Of a stretch of 64,000 nucleotides of DNA, positions 26,201 through 40,000 are shown piece after piece. The DNA is taken from the NCBI RefSeq assembly GCF_003704095.1, contig NW_020847248.1, positions 868,001-932,000 on the forward strand. The letters are read 5' to 3'. Each line of letters opens with the position of its first letter. Positions within the stretch are counted from its first letter, which is position 1. The position numbers and the translations under genes were made by a program. This stretch comes from Pocillopora damicornis (lineage: Eukaryota). The notes below the pieces were generated by a model, which ran no database searches, had not been told where the DNA came from, and saw only the letters and a list, made by a program, of their open reading frames with translations.

Positions 26201-29200
26201 AGTGCACTGCCAAGTGGGGTGGGCAGGAGGGGGGAAGGGGATAGAAGGCTATTTCTGCATTTAGTTACATTAAAAGATCTTTTTTGGGCAGACTATATTA
26301 TTTCTAATATTAGTTTTCGAGAACTTGTGAATTTTTGAATGATTACTTATCGTTTATCGTTTCGCAAAAAAATAATGGTTTCGATGTATTTCACACACTT
26401 TTTAGCATCCAAACTTCTCCTATTGGCTGATAAGACGCAACGAGGACTCTATCAAATACCATTGGGAGCATCAATTTCAAAGAAGGCCATGGCAATCCCA
26501 TTAAACAATGTCAGGAGACCTGTGGGGGTTGAATTTGACCCCCTTAATGGCTTCGTCTACTGGTCTGACAGCTTCAGAGACGTAATTTCCCGAGTCCATT
26601 TGAATGGCAGCACACAGGAGGAAGTGGTGGATCGTTTGAGAACACCTAATGGCATTGCAATAGACTTCATTGCGAGAAATCTGTATTGGACAGACAAAGG
26701 GTCAAACAGAATCGAAGTGTCTCAGTTGGACGGCTCCTTCAGAAAGACTCTTGTGTATAATGATCTTTGGGATCCACTTGACATTGTGCTCGACGTGGAG
26801 AAGGGGTAAGGGTAAATATTACCTCTCTTAAATCAGTAAAACTGTGGCTCGTAGAGTTCTGAAATCACTGAAAGAAGACATAGTATTTGATCATTATAAG
26901 TAAAAAATCGTCCATTCTTGTAAAACTACGAGATGCACCTTAGGTTATATGGCTTATTCTATCAAGTAAGATCTTGAACTACATCTTGCCTGTAGATATC
27001 AGTGCATGACCTATGGAGAGAGAAGCTCTTCACTTACCAAGAAAGTCCTTGGCAAACATTTACAGACGTTTGCTTCTGTATTAGTGCGATTTGAGAACTT
27101 TAACCCATGAGATAAAATCTACAGCTTGCAGCACAGCTTTATTATTGTGGGTAATGAACATCTTTCGATTTATTCATTACTAAGAGCTGTCATGATTTCT
27201 TCATCACATGAGAGACAGCTCAATTAAGATGAAAATAAAATTGTCGCCTTTTCCAAGTGAAAGCTTTTGTATAGAAATACCTTTGTTGTAGAGGAAGACT
27301 TGGTTTGTTCTAGGCACCTTACGGCTTGCTTTCATCGATGTCCTCAGCACTAGAGAACATGGATAAGTTAACAAGATCAAGAGTAAGGATTGTGTTTTAA
27401 AACTGTAATTGTCGCTTTTGCAGATACATGTATTGGAGTCAGGAAGGGAGTTCATCCATCGATACCAAAATAGAACGAGCCGATATGGATGGAATGAACA
27501 GAGTTGTCGTCAAAAGCTGGAATTATTACTCTCATACCACTAGGTCTCCAAATGGCCTCGCCCTAGATAAAGAGCAAAATCGTCTGTATTATTTCGACGA
27601 TTACACAGACCGTATCTACTACGTTTCACTGAGTACTGGCGCCGAAAGCACTCTATTGATCAGACAGGGCAGTCCCAAGGGAACAGTCGTACATGGAAGT
27701 TACATTTATTGGACAGAGACACAAGGTCAAAGTGGTGCGGTCTACAGGGCTGATAAGAAATCAGGAGAAAATGTCGAGAGCGTGGTCAGCGGCCTTGTTG
27801 GGCCGGAAGATATCTGCGTTTACGACGCAAACGACTCGTTGCTCCAGACAGGTACGTTTCATGCTGGGTTATGAGAAAGCAATAGTGCTTGTATTGAAAA
27901 ATCTCATGGATACATTTTTAACTTCCCCTATCTTCCGGTCTTGCGTCTGTAGTCTCCTCTTTTACTTAGCTTATCTTATCAATCCTCTTCTCTAACTGTC
28001 TTCAAGCACTCTCTCACATGAATCTCCTTTTTATCTCCCATTACAATGGCCTTCTACCTGAAAACATTGAATTTAAGTTTCCCTTGACATGATTTTGTTT
28101 TTGTAAAATTGCAGTGAAATCAAATTGTAGCAGGAACAATGGAGGTTGCAGCCATCTTTGTTTGCTCACTCCAGGCGGGCATCGATGTGCATGTCCAAAT
28201 GAAATGAATTTGAAGCCCGACGGGAAAACTTGTAAGTCAGAAACAAGAAGAATCGTTGATAGCTACACGAGATGAAAGATATATTTAAAGTGAGATATAA
28301 GAGCGCCTCAGCCAAATATATTCTAGGTTTGCAACGCTCAACATAAAACTCGAGACATCCTGTCAGAAATACGCTCATCTTCACCGATTCCGTATCGCGT
28401 CTAATGCAAGAAAATTTGAATTGCATATAACTCGGCATCACAGGTGTAAAATTTTCACCAAGTATGGTCTCTGTAAATGGTGAAATAAAAACCCTATCTT
28501 AGCGATAATGTTTGGGCTAGATAACTGATATTCATCGTATACCATTGCAGGTCATTTTAGCGAGTTTTTACTTTTCGCCGACTCAACAAAGAAGAAGATA
28601 TACCTGATTAATATCGACAACCAGCATTCACAAGTGGTACCCCTGGAACTAGGTAACCTTCAAGAGCCCGAAGCACTGGACTTTGATCCGCAGACTCACT
28701 CCATTTATTGGTCTGACCTGCAGTTCCGTCAAATAGTACGCGCTAATCCTGACGGAAAATCAAAGACGATCATTGTTAACAGCGGTCTCCAACGACCCAG
28801 AGGCATTGCAGTTGACTATGCTGGAAGAAATTTGTATTGGACAGACTATGACGGCGAAAGGATTGAAGTCGCAAAACTTGATGGATCACAGAGGAAGGTT
28901 TTAATCTCTCGAAATATTGAGAAGCCTGTGGACATTGTGTTAGACTTGAATAACGGGTAAGAAAGATAATACTTCCCAGGATTGGCTTCGTTGTCTTTTC
29001 TACTTAAGGCACTTTGGATCAGATTGACTATAGCTACGTTTTGTTTCGAGGTCATTTTGTCGACGATGGCAGCAACCAGCCATGCAGTTGCAAGGATACT
29101 TTTAGACTTTAGAGGCTGATGAACATTAATTAAAGCTTGCCTATGCAAGCTTAGTTTCTCACTCCTTAATGCTTTGCACAAATATTTTTATGAAACATGT

Positions 29201-32200
29201 AACGACAAGGTATTCTTTTTTTCATTTTTTCCAGTCTTATGTACTGGTCGTCGTGGAGTACACAGCCAAAAATAGAGCAAGCATCCATGGACGGAAGTAA
29301 TAGGAGTACGGTTGTTTTGTTTCAAAGAAGCTGGTGGCATCGTTCCGCAAACCCTAATGGATTAGCTTTGGATCCCGAAACTAGCAGGCTCTTTTGGGTT
29401 GACACGACTAAATCTCTGATACAGTACACGGACCTTGGACTTGGCGATGGTTCCATAACCACTCTCCCTGTCCCAAGTTTCTACTTATCAAATGCTTATG
29501 GGTTGACTTTGAAAGACAATACACTGTATTGGAGCACCTCTGGATCCATTTATGCGGCAGACAAGAAGACGGGTGGTAACGTGCGTCGTTTAGTAAGGAA
29601 TATAGCGAGTCCTCGAGATGTTCACGCATATCATAACTATTCAGCAATTCCAGGTAAGAGGAAGAATTAGTTTTAGTTCATTCGAATTTCCTGTCTCAAC
29701 TTAATATGCCGAGCCAACTTAGATGACTATCAACTTAGTATTTTCAACCATTAAAACGAACGCACCATATGCCAGTAAATCTCGAAAACTATGATTATTT
29801 TGATGTTAAGAGTAATGCAATTATCATTGTTCCGCCTTCGTTTTATAGTCAGCTGATTTCTCCACTTGAGCTTCTCATTGCATCAATTCATGAACTGTTT
29901 TAGTAAGTCAGATATTGAGAAGTTTCGTTTTTTGCATCGGCCACCTTATCGACATGTATTTCCTTTATTACACCTGAGCGAATCCTTTAAAATTACCTCT
30001 CGCTTGATTCTAGCCGATCTTTCTTCCTTGAAAGCTTAATCTTTGCTCTGTTTTCTTTCAGATGACCACCCTTGCTCTCTGTTCAATGGATGGTGCACAC
30101 ATCTTTGTCTGTTAAAACCAGGAGGGTATCAGTGTGCGTGTCCAACTGACACCGGAGATATTCCCTGCAAGACTACACCTGTTATTCCACCTTCGTCCAC
30201 ACTGTCGCTCTCACCTTCGTGGTCGCCTTCGCCATCCTCGTCGCCATTGTCAATATCATCCCCACCATCAACAACGTCTTTCACATCTACGCCATCTTCC
30301 ATGTTAGCTGTTTCAACATCGTCAAAGTCACCACTGCAATCAACTCCTCCATCTCCATCACCACTATCGATGCAAACATCGTCGTTATCGCCGTCACTGT
30401 CAGTTTTCAATTTCCCAATTTCATCATCCTCTCTGCCGCTGTCATCATCATCGATGTCGTCGCTGTCCGTCTCTTCCCCGCAACAAGAACCTGCTTCATC
30501 ATATACATTATTGAAGCGGCCCTCATCTTCCATCGTACCATTATCACATTCTTCCGTGATATCAACTTTACCACCCCTAGTTGATGCGTGTATTTCAAGA
30601 CCTTGTAAAAATGGCGGTACATGTCTCGAGGGAAACGAGGGTAGCTATACCTGTCGGTGTGCCTTAGGATATACCTGGCCTCATTGTGAGCTCAATATAG
30701 GTGAGTGCCAGCTACTGAGAGATTTTAGTCAAAGTAAAGGTCTCCAAGTTTTCTTCAGAGTAAGATAACGATTCTATATTTTATAGGTCACTGGTAGAAT
30801 TATACTTAAGGATTTTATAAAGACGAGTCCAAAGTGACATTAAAGATATGCAAAATTATTGGAAATTTTTTGATATACAGCCCCCATACGGCTCGTTACG
30901 TTGTGATTTGCACTGAAATGTAAAATTAGCGAGCTGTTCCTTGAAATAAACCCAACTCCCTTCCTGCTCATCCAAAGAAAATATCTCAGCCTACCTAAGT
31001 ACCAGGTAGAAGGAGAGGACTGAAACGAGGAAATTGGTCAAAACTTCCAGATTTAGTGCCTAGGTAAAACTATGTCATCTATGAGAGTCGTGAAACCCAG
31101 GAATCTATGTAATAATTCCTTTCTTTTCAAATGTTTCTGTTTGTAGGTGACAATGTCGTGAGTATAGCATTCAAAATGACCACGGCTCAAGTAAGTGTTT
31201 TAGAAATCTTCTTTTCCTCACCATGACACCTTTGAAATCGCGAAAATTGATATCATGTCTGATATGACAATGCCTTTGCACCATTAATTTGAACCTAATA
31301 ACCCAATACACAGAGGGTCACGCAAATTGAGACTCGTGGAAAAAAACTAGCTGGGGTGGCGGATTTTATTCACATAAACAAACCAACAGACACAAAGAAA
31401 GAGTAGCAGAAATGCAAAAACGAAAAAAAACTATCTTTGCATAGAGTGGGGAATAATATCTAAGCTGTCAACAAATTTTCATTTTGATTTCATTTTCTTT
31501 ATTCAAGTGGAACCAAGACACTCTCAGGAAGAGCATTGCAAAAGCATTCACCGAGTACTGCACAAAAGACCAACGCCCTTGTAAACTTCGTAAGAGGTAT
31601 TGGAATTCATCAAAGCTACGTTTATGTAACTTTATAGACCGCATCTCTTACTCTTTAAGAGCACATCATCTTCACATTTATGGGAGTGAAATAGCATAGG
31701 TTATCAATAAGGTAAACTAAACGTTATAGTGATTTAGAATGTTTACTCTCTATAGAACGATATTGTGCAATTTGATGCTCGATGCTACTTCATTGAAACA
31801 TGGCGATGTAAGATTTTTTTTTTTTACATCAGTTGTTTTAATTCCCTAAATTGTTAGGCTGAACGATATCAGAACCCGATCAACACCGCGCATCGACGAT
31901 ATCAATGTTTTCAGAACCGAGGACGTGTTAGTGCTTGGAAGGCATTTTGAAGGACACCAACGCCTATTCAGCATCGTTCTGGCAGTGTTGGTACCTGAAG
32001 AAAAGCAGCGCCAGTCATCTCTAAGACAAACCATCTCAGCTGCTACTCTCTGCAAAATGATAGTAAAAACGTCAGAACGTATTTCAGAGTATATGGATAA
32101 CGTTGAAATAGTCTTAATCAATGGTGAAAAGGAGCCAACTTGTGCGTCTAACCCAGTGGACGATGATGAACACGAAGGCAAAAACGGACAAATCAGTGGG

Positions 32201-33756
32201 AATAAAGAAAGAAAAGTGGATAGTCAGCATGAAGAAGGGTTATCTTCTGGTGCTACAGCGGGAATTATTTTGAGTATCATTTTAGTTATCATTCTCGTGG
32301 GTGTTGGCTTCGTCTTAGTGAGGTGAGTGCTTACCTTTCGTGAGTTAGTCGTTGTTTGACTATGAAAAGAAGCCGCGAACAAGTAATTCAGAGCTTATGA
32401 TGCAATTTTTTCCTTGGCCGGGTTTAGGATAATGCCCTCCTTATTAAGAATGAAAAAATCTAAATTAATCCTATTTTCTATTTAACATATAAATGGGTCT
32501 ACAAATGAAAGGATGTGATAGTCATGATCCCTTTGTTTACTTAGTTTTTCAGTAATGATTAGGCGAAATGAGAATTATAAAAATAGTTCATTCATTTTGA
32601 TACAAACGTTTGAGCAGCTTTTTAAGGATTTTTAAAAATACAAGATCCTTGTGCACTACATTAGACCATGACAATAGAATGCTTTATAATCGTTCGATTG
32701 ACTAAGATATCTTTCATGAGACAAAACGGGACAACGTTAGTTATAGGCTCTATAAAATCATCAGTGAGATCGGATGTTTCGACTCTGAGGAACTAATTTC
32801 GTTTCAAGTGTCATTAAAAGAAAAACTGCAATAATACAGGATTTTTCTGATATTCTCTTTCATTTTTTTTATTTTTCCAAAGGTCGCGGGAAAAGGGGTT
32901 GAAAATTTTTAGAACCCCTTTCACACTTTCATTTAACAATCCTGGCTTCGAGCCTCATCATTCCAATCTTCACGACGACAATTCAGGAGGAGTTCCCTTC
33001 AGTATTCCAGAGACTTACGATCCTTACGAGGTAGTAAAACGTCCATCTTCAATAAGCGAAAGACAGTTTCAGAACCCAGAAACATCTGTTTACGAGCAAG
33101 AGTGCGAGAATCCTTTATATCTCGCAAAGAGTAAAGATGGTGATTTCCAAAGCTCAGCTGGCAATCCAATTTATGAGTCCATTAACGGGCACGGGAGTGG
33201 GAATCCAAAGGGACCAAGACCTGAATCTGATTATGGAAGCTTGGCCAAACGAAAATTTCATCCCGATGGCGACCGAAATGAAGAACCACTGTATGCTAAG
33301 CCAAATAAAATAAAACCTCGTTCGCCCTCTGGGTTTAATTCCCCTGAAGCGCAAAATGGCAACACTTATGCCCAGCTTGGCTTGGGGAGCGTTGTGCAAC
33401 CTAGCCAAGATAGTGGTTTTGAGCAGCCTGGGTACGCGTCACTCGCTCCCTTCTCTCGAAATATCCACGGAGGCAATGGCAAAGGTGTTAGTTCTCGCAA
33501 GGGTATTTCCTCGCAGGATAATTTTTGGCCTCAAAACACTGTGCACCCCCAAAATCCCGAAAGCCAGAATGAAAAACCAGTGAGTCCAAGGAAAGCTTGT
33601 TTCCTTGGTTACCCAGCGAGCCGCCTGGCAGATGAGAATTGTAGTAAAGAGCAGTTAAGTAGTAAACAGAAAGTCCGAAGTACAACTTTAAAGGACAAGG
33701 AAACGCCTGTCTTACATCTTCCTACTGAGCCTGGTCCTGAAGAGACGATTATCTGA
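23252..33756 (+). CDS. LRP-like single-pass receptor A: signal peptide, 3x(YWTD propeller+EGF), Ser/Pro/Thr stalk, EGF, SEA-like domain, TM, about 290-aa Tyr-rich tail. Exons 23252-23333, 23970-24381, 25054-25469, 26014-26139, 26406-26805, 27424-27851, 28115-28231, 28551-28956, 29235-29653, 30062-30700, 31147-31190, 31508-31596, 31858-32322, 32883-33756
   Basis: Multiple YWTD/YWSD repeats ([14 protein letters not shown]), CSHLCLL..CACP EGF repeats, [22 protein letters not shown], tail NPLY/NPIY; GT-AG with consistent phase. A 100-N gap lies in intron 1. Confidence 0.9.
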
Positions 33757-36700
33757 GTATTGTAAAAAATTTACTTCACTACTTTGAAAGACTAAGCGAC
33801 GAACGCATCAACGAGGAAGACAATGTTTTTAAGCATAGACTCAGACTAGTCTAGAGAAAGTTTATAAGTTGCAAACAATGCCACACCTCTAGTTTTGGCA
33901 GTTATTTAGAAAACTGTTTTTGGAATGGAATAAAAAAAGCTATTTTTTAAACTCGCTGAAGAAATAGAGATGTACTTCGTACCAAGAAGAATCGATCCTT
34001 AGACCTTCAGATTCCGCGTTCCGATGCTCTGCTTCTGTGGCTATCTTAGCCACATGACTTTATGGTGAGCCTGAAGCCTATCATGGAGTATTTCGTTATA
34101 AAATTTTATATTCGTTTATTAATTAATGTATCACTCAGAAATTTCAGTGCCATTATACCATAGTTTAGTGTCTCGCTTTTGAGGTCGTTCGATGAAGTAG
34201 ATAATACCAATGATATACTATTAATTATAACTTTAGATTCAGCGGTTCCTGAATCTAACATTTGCATAATTTTGATAAAAAAAATTTGAAAATGATTTTT
34301 ATTACAGATGCACAGAATAAACTTAAGATATTCCTGATAGGAAAGTAGGTAAAGATTCTTTCAATAGTGTAGCTTGGTTAATCCGCTGCTGCGTGTTACT
34401 TATTAGACATTGAATTATCAGCCTTCCAAATTCATTGTACGAACTGTTAATATTAATATTGAAGCGATCACAGGCGTCATTTAAAAGGTAATGAAAAGGT
34501 AGTTTAAAGCAATGCAGTCCTAGTTAACATGTTATGTCTAAAATATGTTAGAGGACAGTTTCATGTACATTGAAAATGATCCCAAATACATAAACCGCAT
34601 CGTATCAGAAACATGATGGTACAATGTTTCCTTCATTGTGATTCATTGACCCACAATGTTGATGTACCTCAACTCTTTGCCAATTTCAGGGTCATTTCCA
34701 TTTATGATACAACTCAACAGAACTTTTTCTGGAGATATTAAACGATTTTCATCCTGGTGGTTTTCCAGATTCAAAAATACAAAATGAAGTCTGTCTCACC
34801 AGGATATCAAATTATATGGAGCGTCATGGTATGAAAAAGCAATTCTGAAATTATTCGACAAGCGATCGAACGAACAAAACAAGACGAAATCAAGGAAAAT
34901 TCAACTACCACCATATGTCATGTATTTGCAGACTGCCGTAAAGCTGCACGGATCCCTAAGACACTTAGCGAAATTGCCTTTTTTCAGTAGTCGCACAGTA
35001 ACATAGCATTTTTTTTTACGTAAGGGAAGGGAGGGATATATGTGTTCAACCATGTATGACACAAGCTATAACAAGACAGTTTTAATGGGAGGGAAGGGGT
35101 GAGTAGGGCGGTGGAAGTACTCAAGGCATGTTGAACACAATTAAGAAAATGTAAATGCATCAATCACGATGCAGAATTAACTTTCCAAAATTTTTAGAAC
35201 TGTGCACCACATTCGATAGAACAAAGAAAGCGATTTCCTTGATATAAGCTCTACAACTGTGCTCTAAGAGACAGAAATCTCATCTTGAGCGACAACCAAC
35301 CACAAAGCGGGAAATATTCAGCTCAGTTTATAGTGATCATACAAACAATTGCTCTCCAAAACTAGATAACCAGCTGTTCGGCTTTTCTTGCGCAGTTGAG
35401 ATTGTCAGCATTGTCCAATTCCCCTTTTTATAAAGGAAGCTTTAAGAAGTTTAGCTTCCGCGGCATTTATTGCGGAAGTTTTTTGTGGATGCCCACGTTT
35501 AAAAGTACTTTCGTTTCTTAATTTAGCCAAAAAAAGCACACCTACAAAGAGAAAAGTTAGAGACGTTTGCCAAGGATAAGCTGTCAGAGTGGAGTGTCCT
35601 AAAACCCCTTTCCAGCTGACATTCTTAGCATCTTTGTCGCCATGATTATGAGAGTTTTCCTTTCTCATGTAGCCTGTAGATAGTCAAAATCTGTCATCTT
35701 TGTCAGGTTTTGTACAAGAAAGTAAACCTTCCCACGTATATTAATAGGGAGTAGTTTTCATGAAAAATTCCCATATAAGGGCCCATTAAGTTTATATTGT
35801 CAAGGAAGACTTCCCGTTGCAAGGGCCTTTGTCGACCACAATGAAACTGAACGTCCAGAGTATTTCTAACTTTTTCATACATTCTTTTCTAATCCACCCG
35901 GCTCTTCTTTACCAGCGCTGTCTGAAAACTCTTCATTTCCTTTTTCATTTTCAAACAGTGTTGCTGCTTCCAGTTCTTTTCATTACTTCTTCGTCTTCTT
36001 CTCCTTGTTCTTGTTCTTCTTTTTTTTTTTTCATTTACTCTGTGCATGCGCTGACATGTTCATGCTTCCTGATCGCGAAGCATTCGTTACGCAGACGTGA
36101 ACCATATCATGAAATACAATAAACTGGACAGGGAAACGTGTCTTGCTGTGCGCCATGCAATCTTAAAAAAAGAGAATGGCCACATTACTCAAATAACCTT
36201 CAATGTCATCTTGATCACAGTTCTACAGGTAAAGAGAAATCGATTCGTTCTTTGTTATGAAATCCGTTTGTTATGGCAAGACAGTCAGGGATCATATCTT
36301 GCCTTTAATTTTGTTATGTCTCCACAGCTTGCGTTTCCTTTGTGATTTGTAGTGTTTCAACTTTTTGGCTATGCAAATTTTGTTATTGACTTCGCGATGA
36401 ATAATTACGTTTAGCAAGACAGCGAGCCGAAGTAGAGAAATAGAGAAAAGTGTTTATTTAGGAAGTTTCTGTGGCTCGCCTTAAGGTAGGAAAACGTTTA
36501 ATTTGATGTTCGACGCGCTTAAATTTTTGACGTACCTCCTCTAAATTATCCTCCAACTGAATATCCATCAAGGCATTGAAATTATTCTGTTTTAAACGAA
36601 GTCTCAACAATCATATCTCATCCGATCGAATCGAATCGAATGCATCTAGTACAATTCTCTATTTCGACTCATCCGCGCTTAAATTTGTGATAAGATTCCG

Positions 36701-37083
36701 TTATCGATATTGCCAAATTACTAAAGTTGTTTCCACCACTTAAGACAAATTTTGAAGTCTGCATTATTTTGCATGACAAAGTGTTTTGTTCGCTTAATAA
36801 CATTCAAACACTTCCTAGCTTTGTAAACAATAGGAGGACTACAGCGAAAGTAGCCAGCGAATTCCTTCTTGACATATAAGTTTTTCCATATCAACGTCCA
36901 AGGTATTTACTACCGAATATTTAATCTATTTATCACGTATATCATATCTAGCTATCTTTGAATTGACTAGGCAATATACTAAGCTTGCACGATTATAAAA
37001 CGAATAACATCCAAATAGGTACAATATCTGTGATACAAGACTGACAAATACATGGACTCTCCATAGGATCGCTGTATTGCAGT

Positions 37084-40000
37084 ATGGTAGTCACCAAGGA
37101 AAGGGGAAACATGCAGCAACAGACTTTTTATAAGCAGTTTCATCCTTTGGTACTTTTGACGTTGGCCGTACTTGTTTCGAGAAATATGGGAGGTGAGTTA
37201 TTCCCAGTTGAGTTAAAATTTGTTAGACTTAATGTCGATGAGCCCACTGAATTGCAAATGTTTTTTTCCCAATTAAAGTTTCACGTTTCAACACCCGGGT
37301 TCTCGGATACGCGGCCGTTTAATTAACGAATTTTGTGTTGTCCTTGTGGCAAGATTTATTCCTCGTGACAAGAGGATAGCAGTAAGAGATAAGAAACACT
37401 AAATTACCACATTGGCTCTTCAGGATCAAAGAAGTTCAAAATCTGCAAGAAAGCGACAATAGTTTTATAAACATCGATTTCCTAAAGGCAGCAAATAGAC
37501 TTTCGAAAGTTCATCGAGTCAAAAAGAAATATTCGTACAGTGGATAGAAAAATTGGTAATTTAGAGTTAACAACTGAGTTGAAAACGTAAATTGACCGTG
37601 AAGAGTTTAAAGGCTGACGTTTCGAGCGTTAGCTCTTCGGCAGAGTGATTGAAAAATAGGTCGCTTTAAACTGATGAGCCTACGACTGAGGCAAGCAACA
37701 TGCACAGTCTGAAAAATTTTCATCTTCACGCCGAGATCCTTTTATTTGATGCTTGTCAAGCTTACTTTTATCCTGAGAAAACAAGGTCAGTCTTATGATA
37801 ACTTGAAATCTCGAAACCGTCTCTGTGTAAGCGATTCAGCCGAATGTTATTCAACTTATTCTACCGAATTACGAAGAAAAGAATTACGTTTAGATTTAGT
37901 TGTAAACATTGTAAACAAGAAACTTTTTAAATAGAGATGTCAAGAAATATGCTGAATCACCCCATATTACGTAGGGATCCATGTTGTGTATCGCGGAGCC
38001 GACATTGTTTACACGTAAAGCCGACGTCATAAGTTGAGTGGACGATTTTTGCAAACAATCCTCTAACAAAACATTACATAACTAGGGAAAAGTCTAATTG
38101 GTATCTAGCATTGAATGACGCTAAATTTTTATAGCCTGTCATTAGCCAAATATCGTCATTTCTTTATTTATAATTGATTTGAAAAATTCTCCTTTAACTG
38201 AGGAGTTCTCAAATAATATTGAACTGAGAAACTTGGTCGATTTTTTTCATGTCAATTGATGTCATATCATATAAGCAATCCAGGGTTTCAAACGTTTCAA
38301 ATAGGAATAACCCTGCATACAGCCGTCGGTGCAATGGAAAATTAGAATAGAATCGAACATTTATACCAAATAGTGCAATATATCGTTGTAGTCATCTTGA
38401 ATGAGGAACATGTTATGCAGTAATTTATTTTGTTTGTCATGTTAACAATTCAGATATGTAAATGAATATCGGGAAAACAAAGATTTAAAACATCATTATC
38501 GATCAAGGATAATAGTTGGCATGGGAATAACTTTCTCAAAGAAAGAAATGTAGATGCAAATGGGGACGAACGGTGCCAGGCATCTAATTTCTCGAGCTGT
38601 GACTGATGCACTGCCTTGCGTAAAAGTTATTTTTGTTTATCTTGCATTTGAGTCACAATTTTCTTAACTCTAGTTTCTATTAAGAATTACGTCAAACGTT
38701 CTTGTGCTCCTGAGGAGCTTTTCAAATCTTTATGTCCACGAGGAAATAAAACTTCAAGTTTGGTTTGTTTGAATCAGTCCGTGATAACAAAGTCTAAATA
38801 TAATAGAAGTTGAACCCACTATTTTATGTAACAATAAGGACTGTGGCTCCTGTTGGGAAGAAAAACATGTTAAAACAAGTTCCGTCACATCATAGGACAT
38901 AATAGGTCCTCGTGCTGCTATGACTATGTAGCCTGGGGCATGATTCCTCGTCAGGTTTATGTAAATTTAGGGCATACTAGCAGCACATTCTAAAGTCTTT
39001 GTTTAGTATACCTCACACACGTCTGAAATTTGTTTTAAAAATTCGTAGCACTAGCATATCACATTCGAATGGAACTTGTCTCGTATCAAGAAATGGTCCA
39101 TTGTCATTGGAGAACAACATTGCCTCTGTTATTTTAGATAAAATTTTTCCATATAGCCTGCACTTGACGAAAAATGTTTAAAAATCTTATGCTGGTAAGG
39201 GGTCAAGATATTACCAGGCCTTGAGAATTTATCGAAAAAAAGTTCCAACCATCCGAGGAGTACATTGCGTTTGTGAAAATGCCACTCTTCTTTTAAAAAA
39301 AGATTGACTGATTGACTTGATTGACACTAGTGTTTCTGCAACGCAGGTTCGCATGGCTGTCAGAGCAACCCAAGCCTCTACTTCATTGACGATCACAATA
39401 TCAAATGTGCCACTGTCAAATCTTTGCAACAACCAAACCCTTCCTTTCAAACGGTAGTCACTAAAATTGCTGAAGGAGCAGGGATTGACATTGATGTGCG
39501 AAACAGAATGATCTATTGGAGTGACACCACGGCGTGGACGATAAACCGAATGAACTTGACTTCAGGAGAAATAAAAGTCATTGTTAGGCATAATGTAGGA
39601 GAGGTTTACTCCCTGGCTGTTGAATGGGAAAGCGGCTTGATCTACTGGACGGATTATATCTACGAGAGAATAGAAGTAGCTAAACTTGATGGGAGCTCCA
39701 GGAAAACTCTTGTAACACAAAACGCGCGTTCGCCTGTTGGAATTTCAGTCGATCCAAGAAGTGGGTAGGTAATTATGGTCTCGGAGTCGTGCATTGCTTT
39801 TTCTATTCTATCTTTATCCTGAGCAAGTTTTATTGGGTAGTGCAGATGGAAAAATTTGACAAGTTTTTCCGACAAGTTCACCAGTATAAGACGTATTAGT
39901 CACGTTTTTGAATAAGGAGGCTGGTTGGGGCAAAGACATCTCTGTAAAGGCAAAAAGCCGCCGATCTCAGTGTTATGAAGAGTTTTGTAAAAGGAGAAGC

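Noticed and set aside
30129-30533. Asp/Gly-rich 134-aa antisense ORF resembling a coral acid-rich skeletal protein
   Set aside because: It is the reverse complement of the Ser/Pro (TCA/TCG/CCA) stalk exon of receptor A
34200-34930. Possible decayed coding sequence between the two receptors
   Set aside because: Stops in all frames checked and no recognisable motif
39331-39346. Upstream AG acceptor for exon 2 of receptor B
   Set aside because: Gives an in-frame TGA; the acceptor at 39345-39346 keeps frame and matches the paralog
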